64,000 nucleotides of DNA, from positions 1,728,001-1,792,000 of the forward strand of contig OZ219754.1 of assembly GCA_964291295.2 (NCBI GenBank). The letters are read 5' to 3'. A program made the translations under genes and the position numbers. Below, piece by piece: positions 1 to 9,951 of this stretch. The DNA comes from an uncultured Candidatus Binatia bacterium. Its GTDB lineage: Bacteria > Desulfobacterota > Binatia > UBA9968 > JAJDTQ01. Under the pieces are notes generated by a model. It was not told the DNA's origin, did not search any database, and worked only from the letters and a program-made list of their open reading frames with translations. Position 1 is the stretch's first letter. Each line of letters begins with the position of its first letter.

Positions 1-1042
1 TTTCCAGCACGCCGGTGGCGGCGGACTCGAAACGCCCGTGCTCGTTGGCCACACGCACGCGCACCCCCGGAAGCGGCCAGCCCACCCAGCCGCGCCGGTC
101 TGCGGTGCCCGGCGGCAGGGCGGTGATGATGGCGGCCTCGGTGGAGCCGTAGCGCTCGATGATCTCCATCCCGGCAACCTGCCGGAACCGGTCGGCGATG
201 TCCGGGGCCAAGGGCGCCGAGCCGGAGATGGCCAGACGAAACGAGCCGGTCGCGGCGCGGGCCAGGCCCGGCTCCTGCAGCAGCCGCGCGTAGTGCGTCG
301 GCACGCCCATCATGACGCTGCAGCGCGGCAACTCCCGCAACACCGTTTCCGCTTCGAAGCCGGGCAGAAAGCAGATGGCCCCGCCCGCTCTCAGCAGGAC
401 GTTGATGGCGGTCAGGAGCCCGTGGGCATGATAGGCCGGCAATGCGTGCAGCAGCACATCCCCGCGACCCAGGCGCCATGCTTGCGCCAACGCGCCGGCG
501 CTGGCGGCCAGGTTGCCGTGCGTGATCAGCGCTCCCTTGGGACGGCCGGTGGTGCCCGAGGTGTAGAGCAGCGCCGCCGGCGCTCGGTCCCGCAGCAGCG
601 CCGCCGGTGCCGGCTCGGCGGCGCACGCCAGCTCGGCAAAGGAGCCCTGGTCGCCGCGAAGGCTCTCCAGGCGGAAACCCTGTCGTGCGGCCGCGGCGTC
701 GAAGGTGGCCGCCTCGCCGGGGTCGCAGACGAACAGGCCGGGGCGCGCGTCCGCCAGCAGTGCCTCCACTTCACGCCGCGTGTAGGCCGTGTTCATGGGG
801 TGCAGGATAGCCCCGACCTTGAAGCAGGCGTGGGCCAGGAAGACGGCCTCGACGCATTTGCCGACCCTCACGGAGACCCGGTCGCCGACCCCGACGCCAC
901 AGGCCTTCAGAGCGCCCGCGGCCCGGTCGATGGCGGACAGCGTTTCGCCGGTGGAGACAACCCGGCCGCCGGGAATGACGAACGCCGGATCGGCGGCGGC
1001 GCGCCCTCCATACAGTGCGTGAACCAGATTGCCGCCAGTCAT
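1..1042 (-). CDS. AMP-dependent acyl-CoA synthetase (malonyl-CoA synthetase-like), 3' end runs off the window
   Basis: Not in the ORF track. Manual translation from ATG at 1042 gives MTGGNLVHAL..., with the AMP-binding motif LLYTSGTTGRPKG, HALPAYHAHGL and ERYGSTE; open to the window edge. Confidence 0.85.
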   Translation of the reverse strand, partial: MTGGNLVHALYGGRAAADPAFVIPGGRVVSTGETLSAIDRAAGALKACGVGVGDRVSVRVGKCVEAVFLAHACFKVGAILHPMNTAYTRREVEALLADARPGLFVCDPGEAATFDAAAARQGFRLESLRGDQGSFAELACAAEPAPAALLRDRAPAALLYTSGTTGRPKGALITHGNLAASAGALAQAWRLGRGDVLLHALPAYHAHGLLTAINVLLRAGGAICFLPGFEAETVLRELPRCSVMMGVPTHYARLLQEPGLARAATGSFRLAISGSAPLAPDIADRFRQVAGMEIIERYGSTEAAIITALPPGTADRRGWVGWPLPGVRVRVANEHGRFESAATGVLE

Positions 1043-1186
1043 GTCATCAGGAGAAGAATCCACCGGATGCGTCCCCGCCTTGTTCCGCCTCGACAGGTCC
1101 GTCCTCGACCCGTCCCGCCTTCGATTTCTCAACCCGTTCCGCCTCCGATTTGTCCCGCCCTCGGCGATGACACCGCGGCGTTCCGG

Positions 1187-1978
1187 TCAGCGGCCCCGAA
1201 ACGCGGGCTTGCGCCGCTCCTGGAACGCGGAAAGGCCTTCGGCGTAGTCCGTGCTCGCGTCCGCTTCGAGAGCGAGCCGGCGCGACGCCTCGCCGGCGCC
1301 ATCCCCCCGCGCCAGGGCGGCCAGCGCGGCCTTGGCCGCGGACAGGGTCAAGGGGGCGTTGGCGGCGATGTCCCGGGCCAGGCGCCGGCCTTCCGCCAGC
1401 ACCGTCCCGGGCTGGACCAGACGGTGCACCGCACCCCGGGAATGGGCCGTGCGCGCTTCGCAGCGCTGGCCGCCCAGGAGCAGGCCGCGCACCGCCGAGT
1501 CCCCGAACACGCGCACGAAGCGGGCGAGGCCGCGGGGGTCGTAGCCCAGTCCCAGGCGGGCGGCCGGGACCATGAGGTAGGCATCGTCCGCGGCGATCCG
1601 GAGGTCGCAGGCACAGGCCAGCGATGCGCCGGCGCCCACGCACGGGCCGGCGATGCCGGCCAGGGTCGGTTGCGGCACCGCCTCGAAGGCGCGCAGGGCG
1701 CTCTCCACCAGATCGTCATAGGCGCGGGTGGCCCCGGGCGCGCGCAGGGCCGCGAACTCCCGGATGTCGGCACCGGACGAGAACACCGTTTCGTCGCCGG
1801 CCAGCAGGATCACCCGCACCGAGCGGTCCCGGGCCACGTCCCTGGCGAAGCGCCGCAGTTCGCGCCACATGGCGGACGAGAGCGCGTTGCGGCTGTCGCG
1901 GCGGCACAGCCGCAACTCGGCCACGCCGCCGGCCGTGGAGAGCCGCATGGCGCCCGCGGCCAGTGCGACGCTGCTCAC
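1187..1978 (-). CDS. Enoyl-CoA hydratase/isomerase family protein
   Basis: FSSGADIREF, GPCVGAGASLACACDLRIA, PAARLGLGY and C-terminal DYAEGLSAFQERRKPAFRGR. Confidence 0.9.
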   Translation of the reverse strand: MSSVALAAGAMRLSTAGGVAELRLCRRDSRNALSSAMWRELRRFARDVARDRSVRVILLAGDETVFSSGADIREFAALRAPGATRAYDDLVESALRAFEAVPQPTLAGIAGPCVGAGASLACACDLRIAADDAYLMVPAARLGLGYDPRGLARFVRVFGDSAVRGLLLGGQRCEARTAHSRGAVHRLVQPGTVLAEGRRLARDIAANAPLTLSAAKAALAALARGDGAGEASRRLALEADASTDYAEGLSAFQERRKPAFRGR

Positions 1979-2829
1979 CCCTTGCTCCCGTGCGCCATCC
2001 AGTTGCCGGCGGCCACCGCGTGGAACAACTCCGCGAGCGCCGCGCTGACGGCCGCCGGCTCCTCCAGGGTCAGCGTGTGTCCCGAACGCGGGACCACCAC
2101 CAGCGCGGCTGCGGGAGCGGTGCGCTTGAGGAAAACGCTGCCGTCCAGGCAGGGATCGTCCTCGTCGCCGACCATGACCAGCAACGGAACCTCAAGCCGC
2201 GACAAGGGCTCTTCCAGATCCCACAAGGTCGGGCGCAGGCCTTGAACCCGGGCCATGGTATGGGCCAGGCCTGTGGCCGAATGGTCGGCGAGGCTCTGCT
2301 CGAACTCGGCGAAGCCGCGCGGGTCCTTGGCCTCGAACGGTTTGCGCATGGGGTAGCGGGCGTAGGTGGCGGCCGCCTCCGGCATGGGCTCGTCCCGGAA
2401 CATGCGGGCGATGTCCGCGCACAGGGCGGCCCGTTCCCCGCGTTCGCCGGGATTCGAGCCCCAGCCACAGCCGATGGCGGCCACGGACAGGCATCGCTCG
2501 GGATGCCGGATGGCCACATGGAGCGCGGTGTAGGCGCCCATGGAATGGCCGACGATGTGGGCCTGCTTCAGCCCGAGACCATCCAGCACCGCCACCACGT
2601 CGCTTCGGGCGATGTCCTGACCGTAGGCGTCGGGCGATTCGGGGACATCCGACGGCAGGTAGCCGCGGGCGTCGAAGGCGATGCAGCGGTTGGAGCGCGA
2701 GAAGAACCGCACCTGCGGCTCGAAGCTCCGGTGGTCGCCGGCGAACTCGTGCACGAACAGTATGGGGACACCCCGTCCGGACTCTTCGTAGTACAGCCGG
2801 GTACCGTCGGATGCGGTGATGGTCGGCAA
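1975..2829 (-). CDS. Alpha/beta fold hydrolase
   Basis: LFVHEFAG, nucleophile elbow GHSMG, catalytic His in SGHTL; 4-bp overlap with the next gene. Confidence 0.9.
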   Translation of the reverse strand: MPTITASDGTRLYYEESGRGVPILFVHEFAGDHRSFEPQVRFFSRSNRCIAFDARGYLPSDVPESPDAYGQDIARSDVVAVLDGLGLKQAHIVGHSMGAYTALHVAIRHPERCLSVAAIGCGWGSNPGERGERAALCADIARMFRDEPMPEAAATYARYPMRKPFEAKDPRGFAEFEQSLADHSATGLAHTMARVQGLRPTLWDLEEPLSRLEVPLLVMVGDEDDPCLDGSVFLKRTAPAAALVVVPRSGHTLTLEEPAAVSAALAELFHAVAAGNWMAHGSKG

Positions 2830-2874
2830 CGATGCCCTCCTCGGAGAAAGGATAGTGCAATCGCGGGCGTCTTC

Positions 2875-3276
2875 CTATCCCAGCTCGTTTCGACGCAGGC
2901 TCAGCAATACGGCCGAGCCCGAGGACACCCCCACCGCGATGAGGGAGTACATCAGCGCCAACAGGACGTCGGCGCCCGCCGGCGGCGGGTTGTGGCTCCA
3001 GTACAGGAACAGATTGACCACGACGTAGAGGGCGTAGGCGTGCGCCATGCCCATGACAAGGCGTTTCATGCGCCACAGGCCCAGGCCGTAGAGCACCAGA
3101 AAGGCGCCGAACAGGAGGCTCCACACCACGCTGTCGCTGCCCGTCAGGCGAGTCCCGAACAGGACGAAACCGCTGTGCTCGGTGAGTTGGAGCGGCTTGA
3201 TGAAGTTCGAGACCGCCAGCAGCCAGAAGCAGACGGCGAGTCCGCGAAACGTTCGCACCCATCGTGTCTCGATCAT
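2875..3276 (-). CDS. Hypothetical membrane protein (about 4 TM helices)
   Basis: Four hydrophobic stretches; GGAGG RBS upstream; co-directional in operon. Confidence 0.75.
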   Translation of the reverse strand: MIETRWVRTFRGLAVCFWLLAVSNFIKPLQLTEHSGFVLFGTRLTGSDSVVWSLLFGAFLVLYGLGLWRMKRLVMGMAHAYALYVVVNLFLYWSHNPPPAGADVLLALMYSLIAVGVSSGSAVLLSLRRNELG

Positions 3277-3366
3277 GGTCGTCCTCCTTCGGTCTTTGCG
3301 GTCGCATGCACAAGTCCCGGCAACCGGAGCCGGCGGCCACTCCAGCGTCGAGGCGGCCGCAGCCCG

Positions 3367-5877
3367 TCAGGCTTCGCGCAGCACCGCCACCGGCGGCGAT
3401 TGGACGAGCTTGCGGGTGCCGAGGTGGCCGACGGTGGCCACCACCAGCATGCCGAACACCGGGCCCGCGATCCAGAGCTCCGGATGCCAGCGGGTGGAGA
3501 GCTCGAAGACGTAGTGGTTGAGGGCGAATGTCGTGAGTTCCGCACCGGCCACGGCGACGATGCCCGCACACGCGCCGAGGGCCGCAAACTCGGTCGCCAG
3601 CGCGCCGGTGATGAGCCGGCGGGTTCCCCCCAGGGCACGCAACAGTGCCAGCTCCTTGAGGCGCCGGTCGCGGCTGGACTGGATGCAGGCGATCAGAACC
3701 AGAATGCCGGCGCACAGCACCAGGGACAGCACCAGTTCGACGGCCTGGGCGACGCGGGTGACGATGAGGCGGAGACGCGCAAGGATATGGTCCACGTCGA
3801 TGACCGAGATGGTCGGGTACCGGGACAGCAGCTCGTTCAGAAACGGCTTCTGTTCAGGGGGGAGATAGAAGCTTGTCATGTACGTGGCCGGGTGTCCCTC
3901 GAGCGCACCGGGCGAAAGGATGATGAAGAAGTTGGGCTGAAGGCTGTCCCAGCGCACGCGTCGGGTATTGGTGACCGCCGCGGTGAACCGCAGGCTGCCG
4001 ACGTCGAAGGTGAGGCGATCGCCCACCGACAGACCGAGGGATGCGGCGTAGTCCTCTTCCAGCGACACCGACGGCGCGGCCCCGGCCGACCACCAGCGGC
4101 CCTCCACCACGACATTGTTGTCGGGCAGCTCCGACAGGAACGTCAGATTGCGTTCGCGCCGGATTCCGGGACGGCGCCGGCCGCCGGGTTCGGGGTCTCC
4201 GTCGCCGCGTTCCCGGCGCTGCCATTCGCGGGCGTCGATCCCGTTCACCGCACCGATCCGCCCGCGGATCATGGGAAACAGCTTGCCGTCGAAGGCGATG
4301 CGATCCGCCAGCAGCGCCCGCACCGCCGCCGTGTCGTCCGGCGCCACATTCACCAGGAACTGGTTGGGTGCGCGCTCCGGAATCCGCGCCCGCCATTCGT
4401 CCACCAGCGCCGTGCGGACCAGCAACAGGATGAGCAGCAGCATGATGGCCACGCCGAAGATCACGATCTGCGCCACGTTCTCGCGATGGCGGCGATGCAA
4501 CCCGGCCAGGGCAAGCCGCCAGACGCTCCCGGCCTGCATGCCCAACGCCCTTCCGCCCCGCAGCAGGAGCAGGGCGAGACCGGCGAAGACCCCGACCGTG
4601 GCCGCGGTGCATCCCAGCACCCAGAGCGTCAGCGGGAGGTTGCCGCTGTACCAGAGCAGCAGGCCCAGTCCGCCGATGGCGGCCAGACCGTAGGTCAGGG
4701 TCGCCCCCGCGCCCGGCACGGGATCCCGGCGGATGACCCGCATGGGCGAAACGTCGCGCAGTTCCCGCAGCGGCGGCCAGCCGAAGGCGAGAACGCAGAT
4801 GAAGCCGGTGGCCAGCCCCACCAGCACCGGACGCGGTCCCGGCACCGGCAATGCGACCGGCAGCAGGTCGGCCAGGGCCGCAAGGATGCCGAAATGAACC
4901 AGGCCGCCCAAGGCCAGCCCGCACGACGCTCCGGTGATGCCGATGACCAGGAGCACCACGGCATAGCCCCACTGGATCTCCGCTGGTCCGACACCCAGGG
5001 TCTTCAGGACGGCGACATGGTCGTAGTGCCGGCGGGCGTAGCGGCGGGCGCTCAGCGCCACGGCGACGCCGGCCAGCAGCACCGTCAGCAGGCCGCCGAG
5101 CAGCAGGAAGCTCTCGGCCCGCTCCAGGGTGCGGCCGATGCGGGCGTTGGCGCGGCGGACGTCACGCCAGCGGTAGCCGGGCTGGAGTTGGTTCTCGAGG
5201 GCTTCGCGGAGCGAGCGCAGGCCGGCGGCGTCGCCGGCCAACTGGAGACGATAGCGGATCCGGCTGCCGGGCTGAATCACCCGCGTGGCCGGCACGTCTT
5301 CCGCGCGCATCAGCAGGCGCGGTGCGAACTCCAGGAAACCGCCGCCCCGGTCCGGTTCCGACGCCAGCACCGCGGCCACCGTGAGCGACGCATAACCGAC
5401 GGAAACCGTATCCCCCACCTTCACGCCCAGTGCCGGGAACAGGCGGGATTCAAGCCACACTTCGCCCCGGCCGGGAACGTCGCCGGTGGCCCGGCCGCCG
5501 CCGAAAGGCTCCCGGGCCACCCGCAGCGTCCCGCGCAGCGGATAGCCCGGGGTCACCGCCTTGACGCTGGCCAGCTGACTGCGTTCCGTGCCGGCCGTGG
5601 ACACCATGGAGGGGAAGCGGATGACATCCGCGGCGGAGAGGCCGCGCGCCGCGGCGAGATCGCGGAACCGTTGCGGGATCGCTCGGGTGGCGTCGATGAC
5701 GCGGTCGGCACCGAGCAGCGTCGCCGATTCCGCCACCAGCGCCCGTTGCAGCCGGTCCACGAACAGGCTGATGGCCGTCACCGCGCCCACCGCCAGCAGC
5801 AGCGCCCCCAGCAGCAGACGCAACTCCCCGGCCCGCCAGTCACGGGCGGCCAACCGCAAGGCCAGGGACAGGGTCAT
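3367..5877 (-). CDS. ybbP: ABC transporter permease, YbbP/FtsX-like
   Basis: Start MTLSLALRLAARDWRAGELRLL overlaps the ATPase stop; KAVTPGYPLRG, PNQFLVN, VRWDSLQPNFF motifs. Confidence 0.88.
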   Translation of the reverse strand: MTLSLALRLAARDWRAGELRLLLGALLLAVGAVTAISLFVDRLQRALVAESATLLGADRVIDATRAIPQRFRDLAAARGLSAADVIRFPSMVSTAGTERSQLASVKAVTPGYPLRGTLRVAREPFGGGRATGDVPGRGEVWLESRLFPALGVKVGDTVSVGYASLTVAAVLASEPDRGGGFLEFAPRLLMRAEDVPATRVIQPGSRIRYRLQLAGDAAGLRSLREALENQLQPGYRWRDVRRANARIGRTLERAESFLLLGGLLTVLLAGVAVALSARRYARRHYDHVAVLKTLGVGPAEIQWGYAVVLLVIGITGASCGLALGGLVHFGILAALADLLPVALPVPGPRPVLVGLATGFICVLAFGWPPLRELRDVSPMRVIRRDPVPGAGATLTYGLAAIGGLGLLLWYSGNLPLTLWVLGCTAATVGVFAGLALLLLRGGRALGMQAGSVWRLALAGLHRRHRENVAQIVIFGVAIMLLLILLLVRTALVDEWRARIPERAPNQFLVNVAPDDTAAVRALLADRIAFDGKLFPMIRGRIGAVNGIDAREWQRRERGDGDPEPGGRRRPGIRRERNLTFLSELPDNNVVVEGRWWSAGAAPSVSLEEDYAASLGLSVGDRLTFDVGSLRFTAAVTNTRRVRWDSLQPNFFIILSPGALEGHPATYMTSFYLPPEQKPFLNELLSRYPTISVIDVDHILARLRLIVTRVAQAVELVLSLVLCAGILVLIACIQSSRDRRLKELALLRALGGTRRLITGALATEFAALGACAGIVAVAGAELTTFALNHYVFELSTRWHPELWIAGPVFGMLVVATVGHLGTRKLVQSPPVAVLREA

Positions 5878-6563
5878 GGTGCCAGCCCCCGGGCTTCTTG
5901 AACCCGGCCGGCATCCAGATGGAGGACGGCACCGCAACGGCCGGCCAGAGCGACATCGTGCGTGACCAGCACCAGCGTCGTTCCCGCCTCCCGGTTCAGC
6001 TCGAACAGCAGGTCGGCAATGCGGGCGCCGGTGGCGGTGTCGAGGTTGCCGGTCGGCTCGTCCACGAACAACACCTTGGGCCCGGACGCGAACGCCCGCG
6101 CCATGGCCACCCGCTGCTGCTCGCCGCCCGACAGTTGCCGCGGATAGTGGCGGGTTCTCGCGGCCAGTCCCACGCGGTCCAGGAAACCCCGGGCGCCGTC
6201 TTCCGCCCGGCGGTGGCCGCGCAGTTCCAGGGGCAGCATCACGTTCTCCAGTGCGGTCAGGCTGTCGATGAGTTGAAAGGACTGGAAGACGAAGCCGACG
6301 CAGCGCCCACGCACGCGGGCGCGCCGCTCCTCGTCCAGGGCGGTGATCTCGTCGCCGTCCAGCCAGACGCGGCCGCTGGTAGGAAGATCGAGTCCCGCAA
6401 GGATGCCCAGCAGGGTGGTCTTTCCGGAACCGGATTCGCCCACCACGGCTACCTGTGCGCCGGCGTCGACCGCGAGGTCGACACCGGCCAGGATCGTCAG
6501 TTCACCCTCGGCCGTGGGAACGCGCTTGACCACGGCGCGAGCCCGCAATATGCATGCTGACAT
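5874..6563 (-). CDS. ybbA: ABC transporter ATP-binding protein, YbbA-like
   Basis: Walker A GESGSGKT, signature LSGGEQQRV, Walker B FVDEPTGNLD, VTHD. Confidence 0.9.
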   Translation of the reverse strand: MSACILRARAVVKRVPTAEGELTILAGVDLAVDAGAQVAVVGESGSGKTTLLGILAGLDLPTSGRVWLDGDEITALDEERRARVRGRCVGFVFQSFQLIDSLTALENVMLPLELRGHRRAEDGARGFLDRVGLAARTRHYPRQLSGGEQQRVAMARAFASGPKVLFVDEPTGNLDTATGARIADLLFELNREAGTTLVLVTHDVALAGRCGAVLHLDAGRVQEARGLAP

Positions 6564-7233
6564 GAAGCGTCTCTCGATTGGACGGCGGATCGGACGGCGT
6601 CCCGTTCCCCTGAAGGCGCTGCTGCGGAGTTTCTTGCTGGTGGCCGCGCTCGCCGTGGCCGCCTACGCGCCGGCGGCGGGCAAGAGCGTGCTGGTGCTGG
6701 GAGACAGTATCAGCGCCGCGTACGGACTTCAAACGGCGGACGGCGAGCGCGGCTGGGTCCAGCTGCTGCGGCAGCGCCTGGGGCCGCGTCATCGTGTGGT
6801 CAACGCCAGCATCAGCGGCGACACCACCGCCGGTGGGCTGGCGCGCCTGCCCCGGACGCTGGCGGTGCACCAGCCCGATATCGTCATCATCGAGCTGGGC
6901 GGCAACGATGGTCTGCGCGGTTACCCGGTGGCGGCCATCCGCGCCAACCTCCTGGCGATCACCGAGGCCGTTCTGGGCACCGGCGCCAGGCCGGTGCTGG
7001 CGGGCATGCGGATGCCTCCCAATCTGGGGCCGCGCTATACCGGGGCCTTCCGTGATCTCTTTGCCGACGTCGCGGCCGCCACCGGCGCCGCGCTGGTGCC
7101 GTTCCTGCTCGAAGGGGTGGCCACCGACCCGGCGCTGATGCAGCCGGATGGCATCCATCCCAACGCCGGAGCGCAGCCCGTGCTGCTGGACAATGTCTGG
7201 TCGGTGCTGGCACCGCTGCTGGCCGCGGACTGA
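6562..7233 (+). CDS. tesA: Arylesterase / acyl-CoA thioesterase I (SGNH/GDSL), exported
   Basis: GDSISAAYG, NASISGDTT, ELGGNDGLRG, DGIHPN; signal peptide; divergent from ybbA as in the tesA-ybbAP locus. Start approximate. Confidence 0.88.
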   Translation: MKRLSIGRRIGRRPVPLKALLRSFLLVAALAVAAYAPAAGKSVLVLGDSISAAYGLQTADGERGWVQLLRQRLGPRHRVVNASISGDTTAGGLARLPRTLAVHQPDIVIIELGGNDGLRGYPVAAIRANLLAITEAVLGTGARPVLAGMRMPPNLGPRYTGAFRDLFADVAAATGAALVPFLLEGVATDPALMQPDGIHPNAGAQPVLLDNVWSVLAPLLAAD

Positions 7234-7511
7234 GGAAGGTCTGAACAACCCCGAGGCCGCTGGGGCTGAATCAAGAGAATCAGCAGGTTGCGAGCCGCTC
7301 CCGGCCGCGCCATCGCCTTGTTCATGTTTTCCCCAAGGGGCGGGCCGGGTTCAGGAAACCCGGCGGCGAGGGTCGCACGCGCTCCAACGGCGTGGTTCCA
7401 TGCGGCACCGGAACTCGTCGAGGCCCAACTCCGGGCCAGGCGCGGCGTGATCCGGCGTGGTCCCATGCGCCGCCGGGGGCGCATGCCAGCGCAGGCCGAT
7501 CCTTTCCAGCG

Positions 7512-8747
7512 TCAGGATGCGGCCGCGGCCAGCGGTTCGTTGGTTCTGGGATCGACGTCGCAGGGGCCGGGAAGGCCCAGTTCGTCGGCGACCTCCCGGA
7601 GCCGGGGCATGACCTCCTCGCCCATGAGCTTCAACGTTCGCATCTGCGACTCGTGGTCCATGGCGCCGTCGCCGGTGCGGAAAATGATCGTCCCCGGGCG
7701 CAACTCCTCGAGGATGTAGCGTACCTTGGGAATGACCGAATCGGGGGTGCCGACGATCATGCCGTGGGTGGCCACCTGGTCCTCGAAGGTCGCCCGCGCG
7801 CCCGCGCGGGTGCGGCCCGCCGAGTCCGCCGCCACCATCTTGCGCCGGAGTGCCCGGGCGCTCCGGGTGGCGATTCCCGGCGGGCCGGCGATCCACGGCT
7901 TGGGCCGCTGCGCCCCCGGGTCGTAGGGGCTGCGGACCCCTTCGGTCAGGGTCCGGCCCACCTCCATGGCCCGCGCTTCCGTCTCCTCCACGTGGAAGAA
8001 GAACATGAAGCCCAAGTGTTGCGGTCCCGCTTCATAGCCCGTTTCCCGGGCGGTGTCGTAGTAGACCTGGTACATCTGCCGGGTCAGGTCGATCTGGCTG
8101 GCCAGCATGATGTAGGGGTAGCGATTCCGGGCCGCCCACTCCACGGTTTCCCGGCTGGAGGTGCCGGGTACCCAGATGGGAGGATAGGGTTTCTGGTACG
8201 GCACCGCCCAGGGGTTCACGTACCGGTAGTGGTAATGTCTGCCCTCCCAGCGAAAGGGGCCGGGGGTGGTCCAGGTCTTGACGAGGAAGTCGTGGGCTTC
8301 CTCGAAGCGTTCGCGATTGAAGTGCGGCGGGGCGTTGTGCGTCAGGCTCTCGCTGCCGCCGCCACGGACCACGCCGGGGATCAGCCGGCCCCGGGAGATC
8401 ACGTCGATCATCGCAAGCTGCTCGGCCAGCCAGAGGGGGTCGTCGTGGATGGGCAGGATGTTGCCGAGGATCAGAATCCTGGCCCGGGTGGTGACGCGGG
8501 CGAGGATGGCGGCCTTGACGTTGGCCACCCCGTTCATGCAGAACGGGGCGCTGTGGTGCTCGTTGACCATGATCCCGTCGAAGCCCATCTCCTCGGCGTA
8601 GAGCTTCTCGTCGATGTAGCGGTGGTAGAGGTTGGCGGCGCGAACCGGGTCGTATTCGCTGTTGCTCACCGCCATGACGCCCGAGCCCCATTCCACGGGC
8701 CAGTCCTCTTTCTGCCAGGGTTCCTCCGTAAAGTGGCCTATGAACAT
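7512..8747 (-). CDS. LLM-class flavin-dependent oxidoreductase
   Basis: GFDGIMVNEHH, AEQLAMIDVISRGRL, PYQKPYPPIW, VGTPDSV. Confidence 0.9.
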   Translation of the reverse strand: MFIGHFTEEPWQKEDWPVEWGSGVMAVSNSEYDPVRAANLYHRYIDEKLYAEEMGFDGIMVNEHHSAPFCMNGVANVKAAILARVTTRARILILGNILPIHDDPLWLAEQLAMIDVISRGRLIPGVVRGGGSESLTHNAPPHFNRERFEEAHDFLVKTWTTPGPFRWEGRHYHYRYVNPWAVPYQKPYPPIWVPGTSSRETVEWAARNRYPYIMLASQIDLTRQMYQVYYDTARETGYEAGPQHLGFMFFFHVEETEARAMEVGRTLTEGVRSPYDPGAQRPKPWIAGPPGIATRSARALRRKMVAADSAGRTRAGARATFEDQVATHGMIVGTPDSVIPKVRYILEELRPGTIIFRTGDGAMDHESQMRTLKLMGEEVMPRLREVADELGLPGPCDVDPRTNEPLAAAAS

Positions 8748-8848
8748 CGTTCTTCACTCCCTGTTCCCCCGGCTCGACCGAGGAGGGGAATCGTCTCGAC
8801 GCCGGTGGACGGGCTGCCGGCAATCCACCCGGGCGTTCCCGGGCACCG

Positions 8849-9637
8849 TCAACCTTTCAGAAACCGGAGGACGGCCTTGACGAACTCTTCCGGTTTCTCC
8901 ATCTCGGGCATGTGCCCGCAGTCCTCGATAACGGCCACCTGCGCGTCGGCGATCCCCTGCCGGTAGCGTTTGCAACTGCTGACCGGCACGATCCCGTCCT
9001 GCCTTCCCCACAGGAGCAGGGTGGGGGTGGTGATGGCCGGGAGCAGATCGGGCAACGTGAGGCTGTGCATGTAGGGACGCCAGAGGTAGCGGATGGCCGC
9101 CTCCCGGTTGGTCTCCGCCTGTTCGGCTTCGTCCGGGGACCAGTCCCGGCCGTAGTACTTCAGGTACTGGGCCGAATCGTGGTCGTGGAACGACTGCCGG
9201 AAGGCGTCTTTGGCGGAGTTCAGGAAGTAGTCCCAGATCTCTCCCTCCCGAGGCTTGACGCCGGCCGCTCCCACCAGGACCATCTTCGAGAACAGGACGT
9301 TGTTGGTGGTGGCGAGTTCGGCGGCGATCCAGCCGCCCATGGAGAAGCCGATGACATCGAGCGGAGCCGCCAACCCGCTTTCCCGCACGAACCAGTTGAC
9401 CCAGGCGGACAGATCCCGGACCGACATCAACCAGTCCGGAAACGACGATGCGCCGAAGCCGGGCAGGGAAGGGACGTACACGGTGTAGTGCCGGGCCAGC
9501 AGTTCGTGGGCCTCGAGCCAGTCGGGCACGCCCAGTTCGCCGTGCAGGATCAGCAACGGGGCTCCGGAGCCGCCGCGCCGCAGTTGCAGTGAGGTGCCGG
9601 CGATGTCGAGAGTCTCCTCGGTGAAAGCGGTGGTCAC
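8849..9637 (-). CDS. Alpha/beta fold hydrolase
   Basis: GTG start after GGAGG; LILHGELG, GFSMGG, DCGHMPEMEKP (C-terminal part of the 821-aa track ORF). Confidence 0.88.
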   Translation of the reverse strand: MTTAFTEETLDIAGTSLQLRRGGSGAPLLILHGELGVPDWLEAHELLARHYTVYVPSLPGFGASSFPDWLMSVRDLSAWVNWFVRESGLAAPLDVIGFSMGGWIAAELATTNNVLFSKMVLVGAAGVKPREGEIWDYFLNSAKDAFRQSFHDHDSAQYLKYYGRDWSPDEAEQAETNREAAIRYLWRPYMHSLTLPDLLPAITTPTLLLWGRQDGIVPVSSCKRYRQGIADAQVAVIEDCGHMPEMEKPEEFVKAVLRFLKG

Positions 9638-9951
9638 GGTTTCCTCCGGTCCGGGCGCTCGGGACAGCCTTGAGGCTGTGGGCAGCATAGTCGGGAGCGC
9701 CGGGCAGGTCAACGCGGGTGCCGGGTCGGTGCGCCGCCGTTCGGTGGCCGTCCCCGTCCGGCGTCCTTCCCGCCGGTGCCGAGCGGTACGTGGTCGGCAT
9801 CGGCCTCCGTGACGCGGCGGTGCGCCGCAGTCCGGCAGCTTTCCCGAAAGAGAGGCCGCACATCTCTTCGACGCCGTCGTGCAGCCAGATTCGTCCCGCG
9901 GCTTCGCCCCGCGGAACGTCGCCGCGATGTCTTCCCGGTGATTCTCCGGGG

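Noticed and set aside
38-5901. Very long plus-strand ORFs (735 aa and 1425 aa) and similar long ORFs elsewhere (19399-21567, 28922-31651, 46540-48900)
   Set aside because: They are antisense shadows of real genes in high-GC DNA, with Arg/Gly/Pro-rich translations and no family motifs.
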